Shown here: positions 1 to 8,518 of the stretch, one piece after another
Layout: every line of letters starts with the position of its first letter
How positions within the stretch are numbered: position 1 is the stretch's first letter
DNA from: an uncultured Bacteroidales bacterium
Lineage (GTDB): Bacteria; Bacteroidota; Bacteroidia; Bacteroidales; UBA3824
DNA length: 64,000 bases
Direction: 5' to 3'
Assembly: GCA_946624925.1 (NCBI GenBank)
Contig: CAMOSO010000072.1
Span: forward strand, 9,029-73,028
The notes under the pieces: generated by a model
The model's input: only the letters and a program-made list of their open reading frames with translations
What the model was told of the DNA's origin: nothing
Database searches by the model: none
Position numbers and translations under genes: made by a program

Positions 1-1835
1 CGTCCAGGCGCATATTCCTGTATGCCGGGCTTGCGATTCTCACGGGCATGCTGGTGTATGTGTTTTTTGCCCTTACCGCATCTTCCGGAATGCCGGAGCG
101 TTACTCCACGTGGATGGAGTACATGGACGACCTCAAAAATCTGCAAGGAGTAGAGTCGGTGCCTGTGTTTTACAACGCATATCATCTGATGGGCGACACG
201 GGGCTGTTACTGGTGGGCATAGCGGCATTCTGCGCCCTGGCCACGGGCGTGCTCGGATTTCACCGGGCGGCTGCAAGGGTGCTCGCCATCATGGCCAACG
301 CAAAGCTCATGCCCAAGGCTTTTGCCAAGGAAAACCGGCATGGCGTATTGGTGAATGCCAACCTGATACTCCTTTTAATCTCGATACCTGTGTTTTTCCT
401 CGGACGCACCGTAATAGGCTGGAACAGGGACGTGTCGTCCTTTGCGGCGGCCATAGCCTACGCCTATATGTCGGTGTGTGCCATCAAGGTGGCGGACGGC
501 AACAAGTGGACCAAGGCCTCAGGCTTCCTGGGCAGCCTTATGATGCTGATGGTGTTTGTATTCCTGCTGCTGCCCAACATATTCGCCAAGGACCTCATCG
601 CCCGCGAATCTTACATATTGCTCACAGCCTGGTCGCTGATGGGCATGGCGTACTATTGGTTTATGTTTTGGAAAGACAAAGAAGGGCGTTTTGGCAAATC
701 GACCATAATGTGGCTGGTAATGGTTGGGATACTGTTCTTTGCGACGGTCATGTGGTCGCAGAAGACCCTTCTCGACGAGCTGCGCAAGATATACGCCGCC
801 GACCAAATCCCGAGCATCCTTGTCTGGTCCGACATAATGCAGTTTGTGGTGATTCTGATAGCCATCATATTCCTCTTCTCACTATTTACCATAATGATCA
901 ACAGAGAGAATGCGCTCGACATCAAGTACAAACGGGCCGAGGAGCACAAGAAGATGGTCATCTCCGAAAACGTGGTGCTATCCGAGTATTCCGCCCGACT
1001 TCAGGTACAAAAACGTGAAATCGAGCAGCAAAAGGAACGCATACAGAAGCAGAAGGACGAGATACAGTCGAGCATCAACTACGCCTACAACATCCAGCAC
1101 TCGCTCCTGACGCCCGAATGTGTCATTTGCGACATATTCCCCGACCATTTCCTGCTCTACAAGCCGAGGAACGTGGTGAGCGGCGACTTCTACTGGATGG
1201 ACCAGTTTGGCGACTACAAGGTCTGCGTCGTAGGCGACTGCACGGGGCACGGGGTGCCGGGCGGCTTCATGTCAATGCTTGGCATCACCAACCTCAATTA
1301 TATAGTGGGGCGCGTCCTGGACCCCGACCGCATCCTCAACAAGCTCAGGGAGGCCATCATCACCGGACTGCGGCAGAAGGACGACGAACCGCTCGACGCA
1401 GTGCCGCCAACCCAGATGGACCGCAGCCGCGACGGACTGGACTGCGCAGCCTATGTAATCAACGAAAAGAACCTCACACTTTCGTATGCCGGAGCCAACA
1501 ATCCGCTCGTGCTCATCCGAGGCAACGAAATCCAGGTGTACAAAGCCGACAAGATGCCGGTGGGCATTTATGTGAAGCTCGACCCGTTCACATGCACCGA
1601 AATCCAACTCCAGAAAGGCGACTGCATCTATACATTCTCCGACGGCTTCCAGGACCAGCTCAACCATGTCACAAAGAAAAAATTCCTGAGCAAGCACCTG
1701 CGCGAACTACTTCTCGAAATCCACGACATGCCAATGGAACAGCAAAAAACAATACTCGAACACACTTTCGACGACTGGCGCGGACCCGCAGAAAAGCAAG
1801 TCGACGACGTCGTGATATTCGGCGTGAGGATATGA
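1..1835 (+). CDS. Membrane sensor phosphatase: APC/amino-acid-permease-like polytopic domain (5' end cut by window edge), coiled coil, and C-terminal PP2C/SpoIIE phosphatase domain
   Basis: The frame is open from base 3, so the gene starts upstream. There are multiple TM helices typical of APC permease C-terminal halves, then a KR/E-rich coiled coil. PP2C motifs follow: SGDFYW, GDCTGHGVPGGFMSMLG, FSDGFQDQ and DDVVIFGVRI. Confidence 0.8.
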   Translation, partial: SRRIFLYAGLAILTGMLVYVFFALTASSGMPERYSTWMEYMDDLKNLQGVESVPVFYNAYHLMGDTGLLLVGIAAFCALATGVLGFHRAAARVLAIMANAKLMPKAFAKENRHGVLVNANLILLLISIPVFFLGRTVIGWNRDVSSFAAAIAYAYMSVCAIKVADGNKWTKASGFLGSLMMLMVFVFLLLPNIFAKDLIARESYILLTAWSLMGMAYYWFMFWKDKEGRFGKSTIMWLVMVGILFFATVMWSQKTLLDELRKIYAADQIPSILVWSDIMQFVVILIAIIFLFSLFTIMINRENALDIKYKRAEEHKKMVISENVVLSEYSARLQVQKREIEQQKERIQKQKDEIQSSINYAYNIQHSLLTPECVICDIFPDHFLLYKPRNVVSGDFYWMDQFGDYKVCVVGDCTGHGVPGGFMSMLGITNLNYIVGRVLDPDRILNKLREAIITGLRQKDDEPLDAVPPTQMDRSRDGLDCAAYVINEKNLTLSYAGANNPLVLIRGNEIQVYKADKMPVGIYVKLDPFTCTEIQLQKGDCIYTFSDGFQDQLNHVTKKKFLSKHLRELLLEIHDMPMEQQKTILEHTFDDWRGPAEKQVDDVVIFGVRI

Positions 1836-2116
1836 CACGCCGCTACAAACCGCACGAAACCGGAATAACGACAGCATTTGCCGTCAAATGACTTCCAAAC
1901 CCAAAACGAAAAACTTCAAGGCATTATCTTCGCCGCGCACCAACAAAAACACGGCAATAATGCGCACATCGTCTATCGAAATTGTGCACTGCGGAAAAAT
2001 CGAGGAAGTGTTCAGAGGGCTGTTTGTAAGGGAAAGGCAAATCATTCAGGTACAGCCTTTTACAATTTTTAGGCAACAATTCATAATTTAAGCGCAAACA
2101 CATTCTATCAAAAAAA

Positions 2117-4552
2117 ATGACAGACCAATCACAGAACAATACCAAAGCCAAACGTCCCGGACGGATTTCGTGGATTGTAAAGCCACAAGCACTCTCGCTC
2201 ACAGAGTGGCAGAGGGCGTTGCGCAGACAGGGGGCGCAGGAGGAAAATATGGAGTGCAGCGAGCCAGACGCCGAGCACCTGCCCGGCGAATACAACGTAA
2301 CCAACGCCGCCAAGACTCAGACCTACAAGGTAGTGTATCGTGGCGAAGATTGCACATGGAACTATTGCTCGTGCATGGACTTCAAGACCTCGCACCTCGG
2401 CACGTGCAAACACATCGAGCGCGTCAAGATTTGGATAGACGAACACCACCTGCCAATACACACCGAACTGCCGCCGTATTCGTCTGTATATCTGTCATAT
2501 ACCGAAGGGCGACAAGTAAAAATCCGCGTCGGGAGCTATTGCAGAAAAGAATTTTTGGCACTTGCGGAACGTTATTTTGACGAAGATGGCGTGATGCTGC
2601 CAAACCTTTTGGACGAATTTGACGTGCTGTTCATCGAGGGCAGAAAGATAGACCCGTCGTTCCGTTTTTATCAGGACGCCATCGACTACATCATAGAACA
2701 ACGCGAACGCAAATACCGCGAGGAAATTGTAAAAGGCTACACCGACGAAAAACTCGATTCGCTACTCTCCACAAAACTCTTCCCGTATCAAAAGGAGGGC
2801 GTTAAATTTGCCTTCCGCTGCGGACGCTCCATCATTGCCGACGAGATGGGACTCGGCAAGACCGTGCAAGCCATCGCAACAGCCGAAATGCTGAGAGATT
2901 CGAGCCTCGCAGAGAGCGTGCTCGTAGTCTGCCCAACATCGCTCAAATATCAATGGCAGAGAGAGATAGAACGATTTGTACCGGGAATTACGACCATTGT
3001 GGTGGAAGGCACGCCCGACAAGCGCAAGTTGCAATACGAATCGTCAGAAACATACAAGATAGTATCCTACAACTGCATCGCCAAGGACGTAAAACTCTTG
3101 GAAAGGATACACGCCGACGTATTGATAATGGACGAAGTGCAACGCCTAAAAAACTGGAAGACACAGATTTCGATGGCGGCGCGCAAGATACAGTCAGACT
3201 ACGCCGTAATACTCTCTGGCACGCCATTGGAAAACCGCCTCGAAGAACTCTACACCGTAATGGAATTTGCCGACAGCTTTTTGCTGAGCCCGTTTTGGCA
3301 ATTCAAGGCAGATTGCATACTCACGGACGGCAGCGGCAAAGTAATTGGCTATCAAAACCTTAATAAAATCGGCGAAAAAGTGAGCGGTCGCCTCATCCGC
3401 CGCACAAAAAAACAGGTAGCCCTCCAAATGCCCCGCCGCATGGACAAAAACCTCCTCGTAGCCATGACCGAGCAACAGAAGGACATCCACGACGAACTCA
3501 AATCGCAGGTGGCTCAGCTCGTCCTGAAATGGCGACGACTGCACTTCCTGCCCGAAAAAGACCGTCAAAAACTCCTCATCTTGCTCTCGCAGATGCGCAT
3601 GGTGTGCGATTCTACATTCATACTCGACCAACAGTCGCGCCACGACACCAAGGTAGATGAGACGATGGACATCCTGCAACCATTTCTCGAAGAGGGCGAC
3701 GAAAAAGTGGTGGTATTCAGCCAATGGGAACGTATGACACGCCTCATCGCCGCCGAACTCGACAAACTCCACGTCCACTACGTCTATCTCCACGGCGGCA
3801 TCCCGTCGTCAAAGCGAAAAGACATCATCACCGTATTCAACGACGACAGCACCTGCCGCGTATTCCTATCTACCGACGCAGGCAGCACGGGTCTCAATTT
3901 GCAAGCCGCCTCCATGGTAATCAACCTCGATCTGCCGTGGAATCCCGCCGTACTCGAACAGCGCATCGCCCGCATATACCGCCTTGGACAGGAACGCAAC
4001 ATTCAGGTAATCAACCTAATAAGCAAAGAATCCATAGAAGAGTCGATGCTCGACAAACTCAAATTTAAGTCGGCAATGTTTGAGGGCGTACTCGACAACG
4101 GCGAAGATACCATCTACCTCGGCGACAAGTCTAACTTTGAGATGATGATGGACACACTTTCGGAGGCAATGGACGACACCCCAAAGCCAAAACGCCACAC
4201 CTCCAACGACGCCCGCAAGCCTACGCCGACAGTAGTTGAGGGTGATATTTTTGCCGTTAACAATACCAATGTCAATACCGACGCAAGCCCCAAGCCAAGC
4301 AAGCCTGACAACGCAATCAGCACACCACAGACACCGCAAGAGATGACGCCGCAGGAACTATTGGCGCACGGCATAGCATTTTTCAGAGGGTTGGCAAAGA
4401 CCCTCCAATCGCCCGAAGACACGCAAAAACTTGTAGATTCTATCGTGGAGACCGACACGCAGACAGGACAATCGCACCTGAAAATCCCCGTGCCAGACAA
4501 GGACACCGTAGGCACATTGCTCGTCGCGTTAGGAAAATTGTTTGCAAAATAA
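2117..4552 (+). CDS. SNF2-family helicase with N-terminal SWIM zinc finger and a low-complexity P/T/K-rich C-terminal tail
   Basis: SWIM motif CSCMDFKTSHLGTCKH. Helicase motifs LADEMGLGKTVQ (I), DEVQRLKN (II, DExx), SGTPLENR (III) and the C-terminal lobe motif QRIARIYRLGQ. Confidence 0.9.
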   Translation: MTDQSQNNTKAKRPGRISWIVKPQALSLTEWQRALRRQGAQEENMECSEPDAEHLPGEYNVTNAAKTQTYKVVYRGEDCTWNYCSCMDFKTSHLGTCKHIERVKIWIDEHHLPIHTELPPYSSVYLSYTEGRQVKIRVGSYCRKEFLALAERYFDEDGVMLPNLLDEFDVLFIEGRKIDPSFRFYQDAIDYIIEQRERKYREEIVKGYTDEKLDSLLSTKLFPYQKEGVKFAFRCGRSIIADEMGLGKTVQAIATAEMLRDSSLAESVLVVCPTSLKYQWQREIERFVPGITTIVVEGTPDKRKLQYESSETYKIVSYNCIAKDVKLLERIHADVLIMDEVQRLKNWKTQISMAARKIQSDYAVILSGTPLENRLEELYTVMEFADSFLLSPFWQFKADCILTDGSGKVIGYQNLNKIGEKVSGRLIRRTKKQVALQMPRRMDKNLLVAMTEQQKDIHDELKSQVAQLVLKWRRLHFLPEKDRQKLLILLSQMRMVCDSTFILDQQSRHDTKVDETMDILQPFLEEGDEKVVVFSQWERMTRLIAAELDKLHVHYVYLHGGIPSSKRKDIITVFNDDSTCRVFLSTDAGSTGLNLQAASMVINLDLPWNPAVLEQRIARIYRLGQERNIQVINLISKESIEESMLDKLKFKSAMFEGVLDNGEDTIYLGDKSNFEMMMDTLSEAMDDTPKPKRHTSNDARKPTPTVVEGDIFAVNNTNVNTDASPKPSKPDNAISTPQTPQEMTPQELLAHGIAFFRGLAKTLQSPEDTQKLVDSIVETDTQTGQSHLKIPVPDKDTVGTLLVALGKLFAK

Positions 4553-4556
4553 TTTT
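4536..4556. repeat. 21-bp perfect direct repeat, copy 1 (AATTGTTTGCAAAATAATTTT); covers the last codons and stop of the SNF2 gene
   Basis: An identical 21-mer recurs at 4852-4872. Confidence 0.8.
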
Positions 4557-4617
4557 TTGATTTTTGAAATGTTTTGTTATCTTTGACGGCAAGAAAAACA
4601 ATTAAAGGTTGGCAACT

Positions 4618-4794
4618 ATGGAACAGGACATAAAATACATCAATATAGAACAACCGCCACGTCGTTATACACTGCAAGAATACCAGCAAATTGTAGAAAA
4701 AGGCAGACGACAAGTTCAAAATGGCGAGTGCTACACTACGGAAGAAGTGATGGCTATGTGCATAGAAGATGATTTAGTATTGGAGGCCGTATGA
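4618..4794 (+). CDS. Small hypothetical protein (58 aa from the ATG), possibly an antitoxin-like orphan
   Basis: A TAtcTTTG -7 box lies about 35 nt upstream (~4579-4586). The stop overlaps an ATGA whose downstream ORF dies after 3 codons (MKV*). No family recognised. Confidence 0.3.
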   Translation: MEQDIKYINIEQPPRRYTLQEYQQIVEKGRRQVQNGECYTTEEVMAMCIEDDLVLEAV

Positions 4795-4851
4795 AAGTAT
4801 AGATCCTGAAGAATTTGCAAATTCTATTAGAAAGGATAATGCGTAAGTTTC

Positions 4852-4872
4852 AATTGTTTGCAAAATAATTTT
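4852..4872. repeat. 21-bp perfect direct repeat, copy 2
   Basis: Identical to 4536-4556. Together the two copies bracket a ~316-bp cassette holding the small ORF. Confidence 0.8.
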
Positions 4873-4934
4873 CAAAGTGGAGACAACGTTTCAACTATAC
4901 AACCAAATGTCTAACCCATTAAACACATAACGCC

Positions 4935-5132
4935 ATGTTACCCAAAACAAAAGTAGGACTGATTTTCGCAGCAGGAATGTTGCTCACCTTCGGCGGAATG
5001 GTAGCCGCCCTCGCATACGCCAACAAGATACTCGGCAACAAGCCGACACCCGACCCGACACCCGACGGCGGCAGCGGTCCCGTCAACGCCGAAGAACCCG
5101 AAAACGTCAAGGCAGAGACGGTAAACGAATAA
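4935..5132 (+). CDS. Small membrane-anchored protein (65 aa) with a P/T/D/G-rich acidic tail
   Basis: One hydrophobic helix (GLIFAAGMLLTFGGMVAALAYA), followed directly by a strong terminator. Confidence 0.35.
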   Translation: MLPKTKVGLIFAAGMLLTFGGMVAALAYANKILGNKPTPDPTPDGGSGPVNAEEPENVKAETVNE

Positions 5133-5195
5133 ACCTTAACAAACTTCACAGATAATGCCCCCGGAGAAGATTAAAAGAAAATCTCCGGGGATTTT
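5130..5195. repeat. ~66-bp direct repeat, copy 1 (stop codon plus intrinsic terminator module)
   Basis: TAAACCTTAAC-AAACTTCACAGATAATGCCCCCGGAGAAGATTAAAAGAAAATCTCCGGGGATTTT is nearly identical to 8098-8165. Confidence 0.85.
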
Positions 5196-5199
5196 TTTT
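5159..5199 (+). terminator. Rho-independent terminator
   Basis: CCCCGGAGA / TCTCCGGGG 9-bp stem followed by a T8 run. Confidence 0.75.
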
Positions 5200-5266
5200 A
5201 TAAAAATTATTACGATATACATTTTTTTCTTACCTTTGTCGCAGTATAAACCAAACAGCTACCAAT

Positions 5267-8092
5267 ATGAAAAAAATTCTATCAATCGCTTGTATGCTGC
5301 TCATTGCGCTTACAACATTAGCACAGAAGTCGCCTAATCTCCATGCTGTGTTTCAGCAAAATGGAATATTGACGGTGTACTATGATGCCAACGAACCAGA
5401 AGGGGAAAACTTTCGTTTTATAGACTGGAACGGAGACCAGTTTTTTCCGAACGAAAGCGTCCACACCGTCATCTTCGATGAATCTATCAAAAACTACCGA
5501 CCAAAAAGCTGCAAAAATTGGTTTGCCAACTGCCAAAACCTCACAGAAATCAAAGGTTTGGAATACCTCAACACATCCGAAGTAACCGACATGAGCGGAA
5601 TGTTCTTTAAATGTTTCGCCATAGTTGATCTTGACCTACGCCATTTTGACACACGTAAAGTAACGGACATGAGCGAAATGTTTGCATATTGCCGTAAACT
5701 CCAAAATATCAACATAACAAGCTTCGACACACGCAATGTGGTGAATATGAACAAAATGTTTCATGGATGCGAACTACTCAACACTGCCAACATCAACAAT
5801 CTCAACTATCTAAATGTTAAAGACACTACCCAAATATTTGACGCACGCCGACGACCAATTAATGAAGTCATTTATAGGAGGCGACCAAATTTTCCATCAT
5901 GGGATGCATTAGCGAATATCAAATTGGGGGATTGCTCTAATTACGCATCCAAAGGACAAGCAGTCAGCGCAAAAGGTCTGACCAATATACCCGAAGGGTA
6001 CAGCGTAGCAAGTTTCAGATTGGCGGCAACTGTCAAAGGATTTACTCAGGACGCCGTTTCCAACTCAAACAATATCACCGACCAACAACGAATGATAATA
6101 TCCCAACTTCCGTATGGTTCAAAATTCTACATTGAGGATATCAAACTAAAAAACGACAAAGAAAACTTTATAGTCAGTGGACCAACATTTGCAATTACTA
6201 TTGACAACCGATTAAACCTGCAAGACAGCATATTTGTAAAAATTGAAAACAAAACAGCCACCTACTATTATGGAGAGCAAGTGCCGAACAGCATCAATGT
6301 CAATAAGATACGCAATATAGATTCATCTACAACAAACAAAATCAGCAAGGTCATCATTGACAAATCGTTACAAAACCACTATCCCAAAGGTCGCATCAAT
6401 TGGTTCTCCGGATTACGCAACCTTACAGAAATAGTCGATATGGACAAATACCTCAATACCGACAGCGTGAATGATATGTCTAATATGTTCTTCAATTGTG
6501 GAAACCTCAAAACAATAAATGTCAGCAATTTTAAGACCGCAAACGTTGCTGATATGCAAAGGATGTTTGCCGGCTGCCGAAAATTAGAAAAAATCGACTT
6601 AAGCAGTTTTGATTTTTCTAATGTGCGGTCTTTATCCGAAATGTTTGCAGAATGTAACAGCCTCAAACGCATAGAAATGCGAAAAACCAATATTGATACT
6701 GTATCCTATAACGATATTTTCTTCCACTGCTATTTGCTCGAATCGTCCCCATTTGAAAACTTCTTCCGAGACTCTCTGAAATATGGAGACGAATTGGCTA
6801 TAGTATCAGATTTTTATTACCGCAACAAGACCAAAGAGCAAGCAGAGCCCTATGCCATTTTGCAAAACTCCGTGCTAACATTTTATTATGGGCAAAAACC
6901 TGCTAACGCCTTTTCCATCAACGATATAACACCGCTAAGCAGAAATGAGGCTAACGTAGAATATTCCATCCTGCAACAAGACAAAAGCGTAAGAACGCCA
7001 GAATGGAGTTATGTCGCCAACATGGTACAAAAAGTGATATTCGACCCCTCGTTCAAAGATTACCGTCCAAAATCATGCTACGAATGGTTTGCGGGATTCG
7101 GCAATCTGACGGAAATTGTAGGTATGAAGGAAAACCTCAACACCCAAAATGTCAAACGATTCTCGGCGATGTTTATGGGGTGTGCTCAACTCAAGTCGCT
7201 TGATTTGAGCGGATTCGACACACAAAACGCAACCGACATGCACAGCATGTTCTTGGGATGCTCATCACTGCAAACTCTTGATTTAAGCAGTTTTGACACA
7301 CAAAATGTCATATCAATGGCAATGATGTTCGACAATTGCACCAGCCTGACCAACATCAATTTGAGCAGTTTCAATACGAGTGCGGTTACAAACATGGGAC
7401 ACATGTTTTTCAACTGCAAAAGTCTCAAGACAATCGACTTGAGCACATTCCGCACCCTGAGATGCGAAAATATGTCATTCATGTTTGCCGAAAGCGGAAT
7501 CACAAATATAGATGTAAGCCGTTTTGACACACGGGGAATCGAAGGATGGGCTGGTGGTCTATCGGGAATATTTATGAATTGCAAAAATCTCAAAACACTG
7601 GATGTAAGCAACTTCACAGGCAACTATTACAATGGTATGTTTTTCGGATGCAGCAGTCTGAAGTCAATCAAACTCTTTGCAAGTGGATACTATGAGGATG
7701 GGTACTACGTGAACCCAGGTGAGGATATGTCTGGAATGTTTTACGGCTGCCAGCAACTGAAAACCATCGATTTGACACCGTGGAACAAATTGGCTTCTCC
7801 TCGGTCTTTGCAATACATGTTTGCCAATTGCACCAAACTGAAAAAGATATATGTTTCTCACGATTGGTTTTTTGAATATATACAAGAACTTGAAGTTGAA
7901 AACTTGGATGGCACTATCGAGACAAAAACAATTGAAGACTCCCACAACAACACCAATATATTCCAAAACTGCCCAAAACTTTCAGGCGGCAAAGGCACCA
8001 AATGGACTGCTAACAACCAAACCGACAACACATTAGCACATCCAGATGGAGGCAAGGAGCATCCGGGATATTTCTCGCTGAAACAACAATGA
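5267..8092 (+). CDS. BspA-type leucine-rich-repeat surface protein (DUF285 / 26-residue repeat family), secreted
   Basis: Signal peptide MKKILSIACMLLIALTTLAQ. Three blocks of the repeat F.T..V..M..MF..C..L..(I/L)DLS.FDT. A TAccTTTG -7 box lies ~30 nt upstream. Confidence 0.85.
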   Translation: MKKILSIACMLLIALTTLAQKSPNLHAVFQQNGILTVYYDANEPEGENFRFIDWNGDQFFPNESVHTVIFDESIKNYRPKSCKNWFANCQNLTEIKGLEYLNTSEVTDMSGMFFKCFAIVDLDLRHFDTRKVTDMSEMFAYCRKLQNINITSFDTRNVVNMNKMFHGCELLNTANINNLNYLNVKDTTQIFDARRRPINEVIYRRRPNFPSWDALANIKLGDCSNYASKGQAVSAKGLTNIPEGYSVASFRLAATVKGFTQDAVSNSNNITDQQRMIISQLPYGSKFYIEDIKLKNDKENFIVSGPTFAITIDNRLNLQDSIFVKIENKTATYYYGEQVPNSINVNKIRNIDSSTTNKISKVIIDKSLQNHYPKGRINWFSGLRNLTEIVDMDKYLNTDSVNDMSNMFFNCGNLKTINVSNFKTANVADMQRMFAGCRKLEKIDLSSFDFSNVRSLSEMFAECNSLKRIEMRKTNIDTVSYNDIFFHCYLLESSPFENFFRDSLKYGDELAIVSDFYYRNKTKEQAEPYAILQNSVLTFYYGQKPANAFSINDITPLSRNEANVEYSILQQDKSVRTPEWSYVANMVQKVIFDPSFKDYRPKSCYEWFAGFGNLTEIVGMKENLNTQNVKRFSAMFMGCAQLKSLDLSGFDTQNATDMHSMFLGCSSLQTLDLSSFDTQNVISMAMMFDNCTSLTNINLSSFNTSAVTNMGHMFFNCKSLKTIDLSTFRTLRCENMSFMFAESGITNIDVSRFDTRGIEGWAGGLSGIFMNCKNLKTLDVSNFTGNYYNGMFFGCSSLKSIKLFASGYYEDGYYVNPGEDMSGMFYGCQQLKTIDLTPWNKLASPRSLQYMFANCTKLKKIYVSHDWFFEYIQELEVENLDGTIETKTIEDSHNNTNIFQNCPKLSGGKGTKWTANNQTDNTLAHPDGGKEHPGYFSLKQQ

Positions 8093-8097
8093 TATTC

Positions 8098-8165
8098 TAA
8101 ACCTTAAACGAACTTCACAGATAATGCCCCTGGAGAAGATTAAAAGAAAATCTCCGGGGGATTTT
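8098..8165. repeat. ~66-bp direct repeat, copy 2 (includes the hairpin CCCCTGGAGA/TCTCCGGGGG)
   Basis: Near-identical to 5130-5195, with a small indel and a C>T change in the stem that is compensated as a G-U pair. Confidence 0.85.
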
Positions 8166-8167
8166 CA

Positions 8168-8401
8168 TTATTCGGTCTTAAAATAGCTGATCGCCTCCGA
8201 CAATTCTTCGGCGCGGTGGGAAAGGATTGCGCTGTTTTGAGCCACTTCGTCGGAGATGCCGGCAAAATGGCGCGTTACTTGGGTAAAATTTTGCACCGCA
8301 GAATTGATGCGCGCGCCAGCCTGTGCTTGCTCCTGACTCGATGCGGAAATCTCGCGTATCAGCTCCGAAGGTTTCAGCCCTTTGCCGCTACTGTTTTTCA
8401 T
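8168..8401 (-). CDS. Stand-alone 77-aa fragment of a methyl-accepting chemotaxis protein signalling domain (possible remnant)
   Basis: EISASSQEQAQAGARINSAVQNFTQVTRHFAGISDEVAQNSAILSHRAEELSEAISYFK matches the descending helix and C-terminus of MCP signal domains (E.S..S.EQ..G..Q.N.A....T..NA....E......L...A..L...V..F). No HAMP, TM or N-terminal half is present. Confidence 0.5.
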   Translation of the reverse strand: MKNSSGKGLKPSELIREISASSQEQAQAGARINSAVQNFTQVTRHFAGISDEVAQNSAILSHRAEELSEAISYFKTE

Positions 8402-8518
8402 AATATTTTAGTTAATATTGAAAATCCAATTATCAATAATTATTCCAAATATTATGACTACGGAAATTAACAAAAGATTAAAGACAAAAGAAAAAAAATT
8501 GGTTATTTTAAAAAAAAA

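Noticed and set aside
110-1018. Long alternative-frame and antisense ORFs inside confident genes. Examples: 110-1018, 1118-1891, 8600-9811, 9830-10633, 10717-11676, 13923-14579, 15536-16357, 18844-19653, 25199-25837, 25720-26421, 32736-33383, 41142-42269, 43551-44165, 49215-49844, 61823-62389.
   Set aside because: They overlap genes with clear family motifs. Their translations are Arg/Pro/His-rich or otherwise low-complexity with no recognisable domains, as expected for shadow ORFs in moderately GC-rich coding DNA.
2117-4552. SNF2/SWIM helicase as part of a DISARM or BREX-like defence system
   Set aside because: No methyltransferase, DUF1998, PLD or PglZ-type partner genes are adjacent. SWIM-SNF2 helicases also occur as stand-alone housekeeping-type proteins.
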